Source: Acidobacteriota bacterium (GTDB taxonomy: Bacteria; Acidobacteriota; UBA6911; RPQK01; JAJDTT01). Taken from it: 64,000 bases of DNA. The stretch lies in NCBI GenBank assembly GCA_965203535.1, contig OZ241897.1, forward strand, positions 3,179 through 67,178, read 5' to 3'. Below the pieces are notes generated by a model. That model did not search any database and had not been told where the DNA came from. It saw nothing but the letters and a program-made list of their open reading frames with translations. Position 1 is the first letter of the stretch, and each line of letters starts with the position of its first letter. Both the position numbers and the translations under genes were made by a program. Below are positions 22,645-35,966 of the stretch, in pieces.

Positions 22645-23034
22645 CTATCGGGCGACGATGACCTGGACGCCGACCGTACGGGAGACCACCGACCAGTTCC
22701 TGTCCGTGGTCACGACGGCAACACCTTCAGCGATGCCGAGAGCCAGGCAGGCCCTGTCTCCGAGCGACAACCCCCGCGACCGAGTCGGCTTGCGGAGGGA
22801 TCCCGCCACGAGCGCCTGCGCCTCGTCAAAACTTCGGATTTCCAACCCAAGTCCCGACAGGAGTTCCTCGACGTCAGCGGTTCCCATTCCGTAGTCACAC
22901 AGTTTTGCGGCAACCTCCGAGAGGTTCACGGACGAGACGACGGCTTGCGCGTAATGCTCCTGGATCAAGTCCGCGCCAGGCTCGCGAAAAAGTACGGCGA
23001 GAACGGCCGAGGCATCAAGAACGGTTCTTGGCAT
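22645..23034 (-). CDS. vapC: PIN-domain toxin VapC
   Basis: 129 aa. N-terminal acidic PIN motif (VLDASAVLAVL...) and conserved C-terminal D (VVTTDRNW). Overlaps the upstream antitoxin gene. Confidence 0.8.
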   Translation of the reverse strand: MPRTVLDASAVLAVLFREPGADLIQEHYAQAVVSSVNLSEVAAKLCDYGMGTADVEELLSGLGLEIRSFDEAQALVAGSLRKPTRSRGLSLGDRACLALGIAEGVAVVTTDRNWSVVSRTVGVQVIVAR

Positions 23035-23326
23035 CTTCGGATTCTCTTCGAGCCTCCGCCCGACGATCCTCGATCAGTTCTTCCGACATGAGTTTGGATC
23101 CCGTCGGAACGATTCCGGCGAGCCGTTCCTGTGCCCGTCTCAGTGCCCGCATCTTCGTTGTCAAAATCACCTCCGAGTCGCGAATTTCGAAGAAGACGTC
23201 CTGGCGCTGTCCGGACAAGCCAAGTTTCTTGCGAAGCGCCGCAGGGATCACGATCCTGCCGTTTTCCGTCATCGTCGACTGGAACCTCTGTCTTCGCCCT
23301 AGTGACATAAAATCAATTATCTCCAA
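23015..23326 (-). CDS. vapB: AbrB/MazE/SpoVT-family antitoxin VapB
   Basis: ENGRIVIPAALRKKLGL swapped-hairpin motif. 3' end overlaps vapC by 20 nt. Actual start may be the internal Met (MTENGR). Confidence 0.75.
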   Translation of the reverse strand: MEIIDFMSLGRRQRFQSTMTENGRIVIPAALRKKLGLSGQRQDVFFEIRDSEVILTTKMRALRRAQERLAGIVPTGSKLMSEELIEDRRAEARRESEDAKNRS

Positions 23327-23380
23327 TTTATTAGAATTGTCAATTAATTAATAATGACACTTATTTCACAACTGACAAAT
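23300..23380. promoter_or_regulatory. AT-rich vapBC promoter/operator region with repeated TGACA/TGTCA half-sites
   Basis: Seen directly: TGACA at 23303 and 23355, an inverted copy at 23338 and a further copy at 23373. Includes the imperfect palindrome TGTCAATTAATTAATAATGACA (23338-23359). Lies immediately upstream of vapB. Confidence 0.5.
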
Positions 23381-23619
23381 TCAATGTTGGATCCATTTTG
23401 GAATCAATGCCCCAATCATATCGATCGCCAGCAGAACCTGGCGGGCGTGCATCTCATTCCCGGCAATAAAGCATCGCTCACGCGGGCCTCCAGACCTTTG
23501 TCCGGGTTCATGCCCGGCGGCCTCGGGCACCTTGATTCCCGCGGCTGGGGCTGGATACAATCCACCGTCCCCGGAGGAACCCTCCAGACCGGGGCGGGCC
23601 CCCATCGGAGCAGCCGGCG

Positions 23620-25413
23620 ATGCTCGATCGATTCCGGAGGCAGAACGAACCCATCTACCTGGCCGATCTGGACCGCTGCCAGCCGGCGAGCGCCCTCAGC
23701 CGGACGGCTCGCCGATTCGCCTGGAGAATGCTGGACTTCGAGACCGACAAGGCCGCGGGAACGCTGCTTTTCGCCGGCGAGGAGACGGAAGCGGCCGAGA
23801 TCACCTATCCGCTCGAGGTCCAGGGGTGGCACGACGTCTATGTCGGCCTCTTCAACAACGCGTGGCGGCCCTATGAGGCGCAACGGGTCTTCGCCCGCCT
23901 CAGCGGCGATCCGGCATTCTCGCTCGTCTATCTTCCCATCCCCAGCGAACGCGCCTGGGGCGTTCCGGCCGACGATCAGAAACAGGGCCCCAGAATCCAG
24001 GACGTCTTCTGGAAGACCGCCGACCTGACGGGCCAGACCCTGGCGTTCCGGCAACCGTGCCAGCGGGCAGTGCCCGACGAACAGGCCTTCGGAAACATCA
24101 GCGGCAAGGTCTGGCTCGCCTACATCAAGCTGGTCCCATTGACCAGCGAAGAGGTGCAAGACCTGGAACTCGACCGGTCCGACGCGGCCCATCGCCGGCT
24201 GTTCGCCTACAACGACTCCTGGTTCGACGGAGACCGGGGATACCGAATGCCGGGAGGCCGGTCCGAAGAGACGGCCATCCAGGCCCAACTGGAACCCTAC
24301 CGGAACACCGATTTCGGACGCATCTACTGGGATGGCGCCCACGGAGACATCTGCAACTACCTGACCGGCATCGGGCGGGTCTGGGACGGCCGGGGCATCC
24401 GGACCCAGGATCCCCCCAGGCGCTACGACCGCCTGGCCCGGGAGGCCTGGGACGACTACGTGGAACGCGGCATCGATCCTTTTCGCGTCGCCGCCGACTT
24501 CGTTCACGAACTGGACATGGAATTCCACGCCTGCTACCGCATCGGGTGGCGGCCCTTCTACTGGCCGCCGCCATTCGACGAATTCAATCGCGGCGGACTC
24601 TACGACCAGCGCCCCGAGCACCGTTGCGTGGGCCGCGACGGCCGGCCTTCGCTCGGCTTGTCGTTTGCCTTTCCCGAAACTCGCCGCTATGTCCTCTCGC
24701 TGATCCGGGAGATGACCGGCTATCCCATCGACGGCGTCGCCATTCTCTACAACCGTCAGCCTCCCTTCCTGGAGTACGAAAAGCCGCTGGTGGAGGGTTT
24801 CCAGGAGGAGTTCGGCGTGGACCCCCGCCGCCTGCCCCAAACGGATCCCCGCTGGCTGGCCTACAAGAGCCGGGTCCTCACCGGTTTCATGGAAGACCTG
24901 AAGGCCGAACTGGCGGAGGCCGCCGCGGAGCAGGGACGGTCCGAGCCGTTCCCGGTCACGGCCTGGCTGTTCGGCTCCCGCGAGGAGAATCTGCTTTACG
25001 GGATCGACGTCGAGCGGTGGGTCCGGGAGGACCTGGTGGACACCCTGATCCCCTATACCTCGGCCCGGAACCTGTTCAGCTTCGAGACCGCCTGGGAAGA
25101 CCCCGCCGACGTCACCTGGTGGGTTCGCCTGGCCCGCGCCGGGAGATGCCGGCTGGCGCTCAACGTGATGCCCCGAAACCTGGACGCCACGCAGTACCGG
25201 AACAAGGCGGGACAGCTCTACTCCCTGGGAGTCGAGCACCTGGCCTTCTGGGACACCGCCATCGCCGGCGGCCAGGCCTCCGAGACTCTGGCCCGCCTGG
25301 GACACCACGAGGAGATCGCCGCCTGGATCATGGCCGGACGCCCCGAACCCCGATCGACGTCCAGTCCCCTTTGGAAGCTGGGAGAGTGGGATCTGAGCTA
25401 TTTCCCCGAATGA
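23620..25413 (+). CDS. Hypothetical protein, possibly glycoside-hydrolase-like (GHL10/DUF187-like TIM barrel)
   Basis: 597 aa. Region RYVLSLIREMTGYPIDGVAILYNRQPPF is reminiscent of GHL10 (...DGihlD) proteins. Weak assignment. Confidence 0.45.
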   Translation: MLDRFRRQNEPIYLADLDRCQPASALSRTARRFAWRMLDFETDKAAGTLLFAGEETEAAEITYPLEVQGWHDVYVGLFNNAWRPYEAQRVFARLSGDPAFSLVYLPIPSERAWGVPADDQKQGPRIQDVFWKTADLTGQTLAFRQPCQRAVPDEQAFGNISGKVWLAYIKLVPLTSEEVQDLELDRSDAAHRRLFAYNDSWFDGDRGYRMPGGRSEETAIQAQLEPYRNTDFGRIYWDGAHGDICNYLTGIGRVWDGRGIRTQDPPRRYDRLAREAWDDYVERGIDPFRVAADFVHELDMEFHACYRIGWRPFYWPPPFDEFNRGGLYDQRPEHRCVGRDGRPSLGLSFAFPETRRYVLSLIREMTGYPIDGVAILYNRQPPFLEYEKPLVEGFQEEFGVDPRRLPQTDPRWLAYKSRVLTGFMEDLKAELAEAAAEQGRSEPFPVTAWLFGSREENLLYGIDVERWVREDLVDTLIPYTSARNLFSFETAWEDPADVTWWVRLARAGRCRLALNVMPRNLDATQYRNKAGQLYSLGVEHLAFWDTAIAGGQASETLARLGHHEEIAAWIMAGRPEPRSTSSPLWKLGEWDLSYFPE

Positions 25414-27602
25414 GCTTCCAACCGCTCCAAAGTAAGAGGGAACACGCTTTGAATCGACAGTCGTGGAGTGCAGTCGCCGTTCTGGCGGTCCTTCTTTCGG
25501 CGAGTCTTCCGGGTCAGGCGGGAGAGCCGTTCTTCAATCCTTACGGCCTGACCGAAGACACCCTCGACGGCCTGCAGATGCGAAACCCCGGACACCGGCA
25601 CTTCGTCGAGTTCTTCTCGGCAATGCTCCTGAACCAGCGGGCGAACCGGGAGGCGGCCTTCGCCGTCTACGGGCAGGTCCGGCCTCTCACCCTCCTCCAG
25701 AGGAACGTCTACGGCGACCAGGCCGTCTTGGCCGCTGCGAACGTGAGGACTCAAATCAGCGCGGGTCTCTGGAACCTCACTTCCCCGGAACTCCTCAAGA
25801 TCGAGGTGGCTCCGCCCGTGGTCCGGGTCCGGCCGTCCCGCATGGAGTTCACGCGGGGGCTGGAGAATCGGGCGTTGGTCCTGCTTCAGAACGGATCCCA
25901 GGTCCAGCAGGACGTGAGCCTGGAACCGGCGGAGGGGCCGTTGTATTTCCGGCCTCAGCGAGTCCGGTTGGCTCCCCGGGAAGTCCATCCCGTCATCGTC
26001 CGGGTCTGGGGAGAGGAAGGAGAGAACCTGGATCTCGATGTCCGATCCGGACGCCAGCTTCGTCGGGTGAGTCTTCCCCTGGCCTGGAGCCCCGCCTGTC
26101 GTCTCCAGATCCGGGTCCTGGACGAGTCCGGCCGGCACGTCCCGGCCCGCGTGGAGGTGGTGGGGTCCGACGGCCTGGGACGGGCCCCCTCGGGAACCTA
26201 TCTCCGCTACACTCCGATTCGGGCGGGCGCCTACTTTCACACGCGGGGAGTCAGCCGCCTGGTCCTGCCGGCGGGAAAGACCCGAATCCGTGTCGCGAGG
26301 GGATTCGAGCACCGCTACCAGGAACGGGTCGTCGACCTGCAGCCCTCCGGCCCCCGCTCACTGGAGTTTCGTCTGGAGCGCTTCCACGACGCGGCCGCCC
26401 GCGGCTGGTACTCGGGAGACATCCACATCCACCCCAACCTGGTCCACAAGACCATGGACCAGGTCATCAATCCCGTCGACATCCGCCTCCAGACGGTGGC
26501 GGAGGACCTGAACGTGGCCAACCTCCTGATCTGCAATTCTCAAGGCGCGGTCCTCTACGACCGTCAGCACTTCACCGGCGCTCCCCACCCCCTGAGCACA
26601 CCGCGGCATATCCTCTACTGGAGCCAGGAGCTCCGTCCGGCCCTCTACGGCCACATCGGCGTGCTGAATCTGAAGCGCTTCCTGGAGCCCCCGTACAACG
26701 GCTTTCCCGCCAGCTTCTACCCGTTCGACTACCCGTCCAACGCGACCGCCGTCAGGGAGGTCCGCAAGGAAGGGGCGGCCGTCTTCTACGTCCATCCTTC
26801 CCTGGGCCGGCAACGCTGGATCCCGGTGGACGCCGCGCTGGGGACCGTCGACGGCATGGAGATCCTCGGCTTGTCCAACACACAGGGCTCCAACGCTCTC
26901 TACCGCCTGCTGCTGAATTGCGGATGGCGCCTGAGCGCTGTGGCCGGCACGGACGCTTTCAACAACGTCCGCCGCCACAAGGTCCTGGGCGGGGATCGAG
27001 TTTACGCCTACACGGGGGACGAGCTGTCGTACGAGGCCTGGGTTCTCGCACTGCAGCAGGGGAGGACGTTCGTCAGCAACGGACCTTTGCTTTACTTCCG
27101 GGTGCAGGGCCGGCTTCCCGGAAGCGAGATCGCCCTGGACGAGCCCGGTCCGGTGGAATTGGAGGTGGAGGCTCATTCCCAGGTCCCCATGGAGAAGGTG
27201 GAGATCCTCTTCAACAGCGAGGTCCTGCAGGAGATTCCGCTGCAAGACGGCTACAAGCTGAATCATCGGGGGACGATCCGCGTTCCGTCCAGCGGCTGGA
27301 TGGCCGCCCGGATTTGGGGAAAACCTCATCCGTTGGTGGTCAACAATCCCGAACTCTTCGCCCACACCACGCCGGTCTACCTCACGGTGGGAGGCCGGCC
27401 CTACGCCGATCCCGAAGCCCTCGAATTCTTCCTGGAGCGGTTCCGGGAGATGCGCCGGACCTCTCTCGCCGGCGGCTCTTTCGAGAGCCTCCACCAGCAG
27501 CGCGAGGTCCTGGGCCAGTTGGCGGAAGCGGAGAAGATCTACCGGGAGCGCCTGAAATGGACCCTGAATTCTCGCGCGGGCACCGCGAACTCAGCTCCAT
27601 GA
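25410..27602 (+). CDS. Secreted CehA/McbA-family (PHP-like) metallohydrolase domain protein
   Basis: ATG at 25410 overlaps the upstream stop (ATGA). Signal peptide AVAVLAVLLSASLPGQA. GDIHIHPN and later His/Asp-rich blocks typical of PHP/CehA-McbA metallohydrolases. Confidence 0.6.
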   Translation: MSFQPLQSKREHALNRQSWSAVAVLAVLLSASLPGQAGEPFFNPYGLTEDTLDGLQMRNPGHRHFVEFFSAMLLNQRANREAAFAVYGQVRPLTLLQRNVYGDQAVLAAANVRTQISAGLWNLTSPELLKIEVAPPVVRVRPSRMEFTRGLENRALVLLQNGSQVQQDVSLEPAEGPLYFRPQRVRLAPREVHPVIVRVWGEEGENLDLDVRSGRQLRRVSLPLAWSPACRLQIRVLDESGRHVPARVEVVGSDGLGRAPSGTYLRYTPIRAGAYFHTRGVSRLVLPAGKTRIRVARGFEHRYQERVVDLQPSGPRSLEFRLERFHDAAARGWYSGDIHIHPNLVHKTMDQVINPVDIRLQTVAEDLNVANLLICNSQGAVLYDRQHFTGAPHPLSTPRHILYWSQELRPALYGHIGVLNLKRFLEPPYNGFPASFYPFDYPSNATAVREVRKEGAAVFYVHPSLGRQRWIPVDAALGTVDGMEILGLSNTQGSNALYRLLLNCGWRLSAVAGTDAFNNVRRHKVLGGDRVYAYTGDELSYEAWVLALQQGRTFVSNGPLLYFRVQGRLPGSEIALDEPGPVELEVEAHSQVPMEKVEILFNSEVLQEIPLQDGYKLNHRGTIRVPSSGWMAARIWGKPHPLVVNNPELFAHTTPVYLTVGGRPYADPEALEFFLERFREMRRTSLAGGSFESLHQQREVLGQLAEAEKIYRERLKWTLNSRAGTANSAP

Positions 27603-27668
27603 CAAGAGTCGCCGACGGCTGTTCGCATCCCGCGGCAGGAGTCCCGCAGAGCCTCTCGCCCGCAGTTT

Positions 27669-28664
27669 TCAATCGTCCAGATAGTAGCCCGAGCCGACGA
27701 GGATCGGCAGGCCGTAAGTGACCACCCGCTTGACGAAGACGACCTTCCGCTGCTCCATTCCGGTGGCGGGGTTCCGGCTCATGTAGTAGAGGAAAGTTTC
27801 ACCGAAGGCCTGGGCTACGCTCAGGTCGTCCCGGTCGGCCAGGGAGGTCAACTCGGTATCCTGCCCGCCCAAGGTCCAGCCGCCGTGGCGGTAGGGATCT
27901 CCGCTGAACAGCGTGTTGCCGTTTCCGTCCACGCCGAACACATAGATCGAGTCATGCCTCCACCGGGGATCCGCAGACAGGCTGATGGAGGCAAAGTACC
28001 CCATCGCCTCCATTTCCATGGCAGCGCAACGGACGAACTCCTGCAACCTCTCGTCGGACGGATCCATGCCGAGTACGGTGGCGTTGACCTCTTCCCGCCG
28101 GCAGGTCCCCGGGAGGTCGCGGCGGTAGATGCCGGAGCCGATGGCGGCCGGGATCCCATCCCAGTCGATGCTCTTGATGTAGGCGGACTTGGGCTCGTCC
28201 ATACCGGTCGCCGGGTTCGTGAACGCGTAGTAGTTCCAGCCCTCATCGACAAGGCTCAGGAGACGATGCCGTTCCTTGTAGTTGTTGTTGCCGAAGGCGT
28301 CGTTCAACAGCCGTGTGAAGGTTGGCCCTTCGCCCACGGTCTGTCCGACCGTCGAGGGGTTGGGGGGAAAGACGAAGATGCGAGTGTCTTCACTCGCCGG
28401 AGTCACCTCGGAGACAAAAATATAGTTGGTCCCTTGATACCAACGTTCGTCTTCGTGGAAGGCCCTTCGCGCCTCCTCAAACCCCACTTCCTGGACGAAC
28501 TCGTAGGCGCACTTGACGAACGCCTCCACGTCCTCGTAGGTCCGCACCGCCCCGGCGGAAATCGAGTGATCGGCGCAAGCCGAGGTTTGCGCCGGCGCGA
28601 AACCGTGCGCGGCAACGACGAGAATCGGGATGATCAACAGATGAGTCAGGCGATGTCCAGCCAT
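27669..28664 (-). CDS. Secreted double Cache-like (extracytoplasmic ligand-binding fold) protein with internal duplication
   Basis: Start taken at MAGHRLTHLLIIPILVVAAHGFA (signal peptide). Two similar halves: YIFV..NPATGM..K..Y..GSGIY and YVFG..NPATGME..GSGYY. Confidence 0.55.
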   Translation of the reverse strand: MAGHRLTHLLIIPILVVAAHGFAPAQTSACADHSISAGAVRTYEDVEAFVKCAYEFVQEVGFEEARRAFHEDERWYQGTNYIFVSEVTPASEDTRIFVFPPNPSTVGQTVGEGPTFTRLLNDAFGNNNYKERHRLLSLVDEGWNYYAFTNPATGMDEPKSAYIKSIDWDGIPAAIGSGIYRRDLPGTCRREEVNATVLGMDPSDERLQEFVRCAAMEMEAMGYFASISLSADPRWRHDSIYVFGVDGNGNTLFSGDPYRHGGWTLGGQDTELTSLADRDDLSVAQAFGETFLYYMSRNPATGMEQRKVVFVKRVVTYGLPILVGSGYYLDD

Positions 28665-29226
28665 GGTGAAAGCCCTCTGCCGCCGCTCCGGCATTGACGA
28701 GCGCGGTGGCAATTCATGGTTCACAGGTGATTTGGGGAAGGTGCGCTCGGGAATGGGTCGGGGAGACTACGCTGTCTTCTTTCGGCCCTCCCTATATTTC
28801 CTGCAACCTTGAGTCGGCACGTGCAGATGAAGGGATTGTTCGCGACCACAGGTTTTCCAGGGATAGCACGAAAAATTGGACACGTCCAGAATGAACCCTG
28901 GAATCCGGCCGTTTTCCGCCATTGTCTGATACAGCCAGCTTCTCCAGTTTCCCGAGACGTACACGCTCCATTGCCCATGTCGGTCGCATTTCCGGCCGGT
29001 CTCATGCCTTGGCGCGTCAGAGGGTCCGGGGTTTCCTCAAGGCCCATCAGGCCGAACCGGGGAAGCTCTGGTGATCTTCCTCTGGTCGTCGCGGCACTCC
29101 AATCTATCCGCCTTCCCGCCGGGATGCAGAACCGGTCGAATGCCGTGACGACTCTTGCCAAGGGATGCTAAGATCAAAGATATTCGATCGGATCGAGTGG
29201 TGAACGATTCGCAGCCTTTCCCCGCC

Positions 29227-31857
<2,631 letters not shown>

Positions 31858-32026
31858 TGGCCGGAATTGGAGTTGGACAGCGCCGGACGAGGGAATTCGT
31901 CGAACGAGTGGATTGGCTCGGAATGGGAAATGGGGCTCTTCAACCCCCGTATCTTGGGATTTGGGGGAGACGCATGTACCCTTCCCATTGGGGGACAGGA
32001 AAGTCCCCCCTCCTGAGGAGAGGAAC

Positions 32027-33499
32027 GTGATCCCCAACGGTTGCCAGGGCAATGTTCAGGTCGGTTCGCGGCGGGAATTTCTGAAGGCATCCTCCTTTGG
32101 ATTCGGTTCTCTCGCGTTGGGCGGTCTGCTGGAGCGGGAGGGCCGGCTTCTGGCGGGCATCGACCGGCCCGAGTATCCGCTCGCTCCCAGAGAACCTCAC
32201 TTTCCGGCCCAGGCCAAGAGCGTCATCTTCCTCTTCATGCAGGGCGGCTTGAGCCAGGTGGACAGCTTCGACCCCAAGCCGGCCCTGGCGCTCTACGACG
32301 GCCAGCCCCTTCCCGCCAGCTTCCGCAACGACCTGGAGCTGGCCCAGATCAATCCCTACGAGTCCAAGCTCATGGCCAGCCGTCGGACCTTCAAGAAGAG
32401 GGGCCGGTCCGGCATCGAGATCTCGGATCTCTTCGAAGGGCTCGCGAAGCATGCGGACGACATGGCCGTCATCCGGTCCTGCCACCACGAGTCGTTCATC
32501 CACGGTCCGGCTCTCACCTACGTGCACACCGGAAGCCTGCAGTTGGGCAGCCCGAGCATGGGCTCCTGGATCCTGTACGGCCTGGGGAGCGAGACGGACA
32601 ACCTCCCCTCCTACATCGTGATGACCGACAGCATCTTCCGGTCCAGCACCTCCAATTTCGGCACCGGCTTCCTTCCGGCGATCTACCAGGGGACGCTCAT
32701 CAATACCGAAGGCCAGCCCTTTCAGAACCTGAAGCCCCCTTCCCGGATGGACCTGGGCCGGCAACGCGCGCTGCTCGAGCGGATCGAAGGCTGGAACCAG
32801 GCCCATCTGCGGACCCGGCCCGGAGACAGCCGCCTGGAGGCGAGAATCCGGAACTACGAACTGGCTTTCCGAATGCAGATGGCGGCGCCCGAACTCATCG
32901 ACCTCTCGGCGGAACCGGAGCATGTGAAGCGGATGTACGGACTGGACCGGGATCCGACCCGAAAGTTCGGCCGCATGTGCCTCCTGGCCCGGCGAATGGT
33001 GGAGCGGGGCGTCCGCTTCGTGCATCTCTACAGCGGTGGTTGGGACGCTCACGGCGAGTGCGACAAGAACCACATGGAGAACTCGTGGAAGACCGACCAA
33101 CCCATGGCCGCTCTGCTGGAAGACCTCAAGCAGCGAGGTCTGCTGGAGAGCACTCTGGTCATCTCCACGGGCGAGTTCGGCCGGACTCCGGTCATGCAGG
33201 GCAAGGAGGGACGCGACCACAATCCCTTCGGCTTCAGCGCCTGGATGGCGGGAGGCGGGGTTCGCGGCGGCCAGGCCATCGGCGCCACCGACGACCTGGG
33301 ATTCGTGGCCGTCCAGGACAAGATGCACGTCAACGACCTCCACGCCGCCATGCTGGGTCTGATGGGATTGGACCACCGCCGGCTGACCTACTTCTTCCAG
33401 GGTCTGGACCGGCGCCTCAGTGGAGTCGGTGAAGCGGGCGAGGCCGGTGAGGACCTGTACCGGAAGCTGACTGGGAGGTCCATTGGCCATTCGTCTTGA
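32027..33499 (+). CDS. DUF1501 domain protein (sulfatase-like), Tat-exported
   Basis: GTG start at 32027 preceded by GAGGAG. Twin-arginine motif SRREFLKAS. Conserved DUF1501 blocks ([22 protein letters not shown]-terminal FGF..W.AGGG). Canonical partner of the upstream DUF1549/1553 gene. Confidence 0.75.
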   Translation: MIPNGCQGNVQVGSRREFLKASSFGFGSLALGGLLEREGRLLAGIDRPEYPLAPREPHFPAQAKSVIFLFMQGGLSQVDSFDPKPALALYDGQPLPASFRNDLELAQINPYESKLMASRRTFKKRGRSGIEISDLFEGLAKHADDMAVIRSCHHESFIHGPALTYVHTGSLQLGSPSMGSWILYGLGSETDNLPSYIVMTDSIFRSSTSNFGTGFLPAIYQGTLINTEGQPFQNLKPPSRMDLGRQRALLERIEGWNQAHLRTRPGDSRLEARIRNYELAFRMQMAAPELIDLSAEPEHVKRMYGLDRDPTRKFGRMCLLARRMVERGVRFVHLYSGGWDAHGECDKNHMENSWKTDQPMAALLEDLKQRGLLESTLVISTGEFGRTPVMQGKEGRDHNPFGFSAWMAGGGVRGGQAIGATDDLGFVAVQDKMHVNDLHAAMLGLMGLDHRRLTYFFQGLDRRLSGVGEAGEAGEDLYRKLTGRSIGHSS

Positions 33500-34019
33500 G
33501 AAAGCGTGGCGGGTGCTGGCGTTCCTGGCTCTGATGTCCGCTGCGGCTGCCGGTCCCCTGCCCCGGAGCGCGGCCCCCTTCACCGGCAAGGTCCGACTCC
33601 CGGTGAGCCTTCGGACCGCTGAGGGGACCGTTCTGGAAAAGGGACCCTTCGACCTGGAGGTCCGGTCGGAGGACGGAAGGTTCTGGCTGCGTTTTCTCTC
33701 CCCGTCGGGCGGGCCGGTCCCGCTCCGGGGTGCGCCCGTGGACCCGGACGACTGGACCACCACCGCCGGGTGGCCCCTGGTGGGAACGGTGCACCTGCAC
33801 CCCGTGTCCATCCCCATCGGTACCGACGCCGAGCGCCACAAGAGCAAGACCGGCATGCCCCAATACCTGGAAACGCCGCGAGTCTGGAACGCCACGCTTC
33901 GCCTGTACCGCAGCGAGGACCCGGCGGGAGCGGTTTCGGTCCTCTTCCACGAAAACCATCCCAGCGGGCCGATCCGGGCTCGGTTCGAGCTGTTCGGCGG
34001 CGGCGATGGGAAACCCTGA
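33483..34019 (+). CDS. Hypothetical secreted protein
   Basis: 178 aa with signal peptide (VLAFLALMSAAAAGP). Overlaps neighbours by a few codons. No known domain. Confidence 0.45.
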   Translation: MAIRLEKAWRVLAFLALMSAAAAGPLPRSAAPFTGKVRLPVSLRTAEGTVLEKGPFDLEVRSEDGRFWLRFLSPSGGPVPLRGAPVDPDDWTTTAGWPLVGTVHLHPVSIPIGTDAERHKSKTGMPQYLETPRVWNATLRLYRSEDPAGAVSVLFHENHPSGPIRARFELFGGGDGKP

Positions 34020-35514
34020 GGAGTACGCCCCCTTGAAATTTCGATTCCCAAGCCTTTTGCTCGTCCTGATCCTGATCCCGCTCCCCGCCCTCGAAGGCGG
34101 CCGGCACGACCAGGCGGCCGACTCCGAAGTCCGGGACATCGACTCCCGGCTGGAGCTCTTTGTCGACGACTACCTCATCGACTCTCTCGACGGTCTGGAA
34201 CTCAAGCTCCACACCCCTCGGCGCGCCGGCAAGGCAATGGTCTTCGACCGGCCCTGGGAGGGAGTGACCAGTGGAAGCACGGCCGTCGTCTTCCAGGACG
34301 GTGACTATTACCGCATGTACTACCGGGGCAGCAGCCACGCCGGATACGCCCTGGAGTCGCTCCTGGAACCGGGCGAAGAGGTGATCCCCGAACATCCCCA
34401 CACCGCGTGCTACGCCGAGAGCCGGGACGGGATCCACTGGTCCCGGCCCTCGCTGGGGCTGTACGAGTACGAAGGATCCAGGGACAACAACATCGTCTGG
34501 ATGGGAAAAGGCACGCCGGCCTTCCTCCCCTTCAAGGACTCGAACCCGGAGGCGCCTGCCTCCGAACTCTACAAGGCGGTCGGACCGCACCGGCGGGCCC
34601 TCTACGCATTCGTTTCACCCGACGGAATCCACTGGAAGGAGATGAGGGAGGAGCCCATCATCACCGACGGCGCCTTCGACTCCCCCAATCTGGCCTTCTG
34701 GGACACGGCCCACCAGCGTTACGTCTCCGTCTACCGGGATTTCCAGCTCGGCGTTCGGACCATCAAGATCGCCACCTCCACCGACTTCAGGAACTGGACG
34801 CCGGGCCGGTGGGGCGAGTTCGGGGATGCGCCCGCCGAGCACCTCTACACCAACGCGACCCAGCCTTATTTCAGGGCGCCCCACATCTTTTTCGCCTTCC
34901 CCCGGCGATTCCATCCCTGGAAGACGCGGGTTCCTTTCGATCAGGCTCATTCCGGCGGTTGCTCCGACGCCATCTTCATGTCCAGCCGCGACGCGGTCCA
35001 TTGGAACCGCCAACTGGACGCCTTCATCCGGCCAGGGGGCGAGCTACGGAACTGGTCGCATCGCTCCAACACCCCCGCCTGGGGCTTGCTGGCCACGGCG
35101 CCGGACGAAATCTCCCTGTTCGTCCAACGTCACTACACGTTCCCCACCAACTACCTGGAACGGATGGTGATCCGGACCGACGGATTCATGTCGGTTCATG
35201 CCGGCACGTCGGAAGGCGAACTGATCACCCGGCCGTTGACCTTTGCGGGCGGGAACCTGGTGTTGAACTTCGCGACCTCGGCGGCGGGGAGCATTCGGCT
35301 GGAGATCCAGGATGCCGGGGGGCAGCCGCTGGCCGGATTTGCCCTGGAGGAGTCTCCGCTGATCTGGGGGGACGAGATCGAGCACACGGTGCGGTGGAAA
35401 CGAAGCCACGCCCGGGCGGACACGTCCAAGCCCCTGGCGCGTATCTCGGGTCAGACGGTGCGCCTGCGTTTCGTGATGAAGGACGCGGACCTCTACTCGC
35501 TTCGGTTCCGGTAA
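34006..35514 (+). CDS. Hypothetical secreted protein, possibly beta-propeller glycoside-hydrolase-like
   Basis: ATG at 34006 in frame with ORF 33730..35514. Signal peptide SLLLVLILIPLPALEG. Repeated W/Y-rich blade-like segments. Weak family assignment. Confidence 0.5.
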   Translation: MGNPEEYAPLKFRFPSLLLVLILIPLPALEGGRHDQAADSEVRDIDSRLELFVDDYLIDSLDGLELKLHTPRRAGKAMVFDRPWEGVTSGSTAVVFQDGDYYRMYYRGSSHAGYALESLLEPGEEVIPEHPHTACYAESRDGIHWSRPSLGLYEYEGSRDNNIVWMGKGTPAFLPFKDSNPEAPASELYKAVGPHRRALYAFVSPDGIHWKEMREEPIITDGAFDSPNLAFWDTAHQRYVSVYRDFQLGVRTIKIATSTDFRNWTPGRWGEFGDAPAEHLYTNATQPYFRAPHIFFAFPRRFHPWKTRVPFDQAHSGGCSDAIFMSSRDAVHWNRQLDAFIRPGGELRNWSHRSNTPAWGLLATAPDEISLFVQRHYTFPTNYLERMVIRTDGFMSVHAGTSEGELITRPLTFAGGNLVLNFATSAAGSIRLEIQDAGGQPLAGFALEESPLIWGDEIEHTVRWKRSHARADTSKPLARISGQTVRLRFVMKDADLYSLRFR

Positions 35515-35623
35515 CGGTCCAGAGGTCGGCAACAATCGCTTTTCCAGATCGTATAACTCTCCTTTTTTCAATCCCTTGAATCGATTCCACCTGATTTTTC
35601 CGGAACCTCCACAACCATAACGC

Positions 35624-35941
35624 TTGACAACATTAACGCGCGAAGATACTATTCTATCCTTGATCAAGAGCTTCCACTGCAAGGACACCGAAAAGCTCTT
35701 CAACAGACGACTCCAACGGAAGTTTCCGACGGTTTCGAAGAAAGCTGCACTCAGGAAACTGGAAATGCTGGACGCGGCCGAATCGATCAGAGATCTCAAG
35801 GCGATACCCTCCAGCCGGCTGGAGGCGCTCTCGGGCAACCGCAAAGGCCAATATAGCGTTCGGATCAATCGACAATGGAGGATCTGCTTTCGCTGGGAGA
35901 CCGGCGATGCCTTTGACGTGGAGGCCGTGGACTACCACTAG
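35624..35941 (+). CDS. higB: HigB toxin (RelE/ParE superfamily)
   Basis: 105 aa. IKSFHCKDTEKLF...GNRKGQYSVRINRQWRICFRW matches HigB killer proteins. Toxin-first gene order with a downstream HigA. Confidence 0.8.
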   Translation: MTTLTREDTILSLIKSFHCKDTEKLFNRRLQRKFPTVSKKAALRKLEMLDAAESIRDLKAIPSSRLEALSGNRKGQYSVRINRQWRICFRWETGDAFDVEAVDYH

Positions 35942-35966
35942 CAGGAGGGTAGAAAGGGAGTGATCA

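Noticed and set aside
23416-27721. Long ORFs 23416..25308(-), 24057..25409 portion(+), 25463..27721(+) and 26358..27494(-)
   Set aside because: Overlap the two better-supported plus-strand genes (23620..25413 and 25410..27602). The 24057 ORF is simply the in-frame 5' extension of the 25410 gene; a signal peptide follows the internal Met. The others are off-frame.
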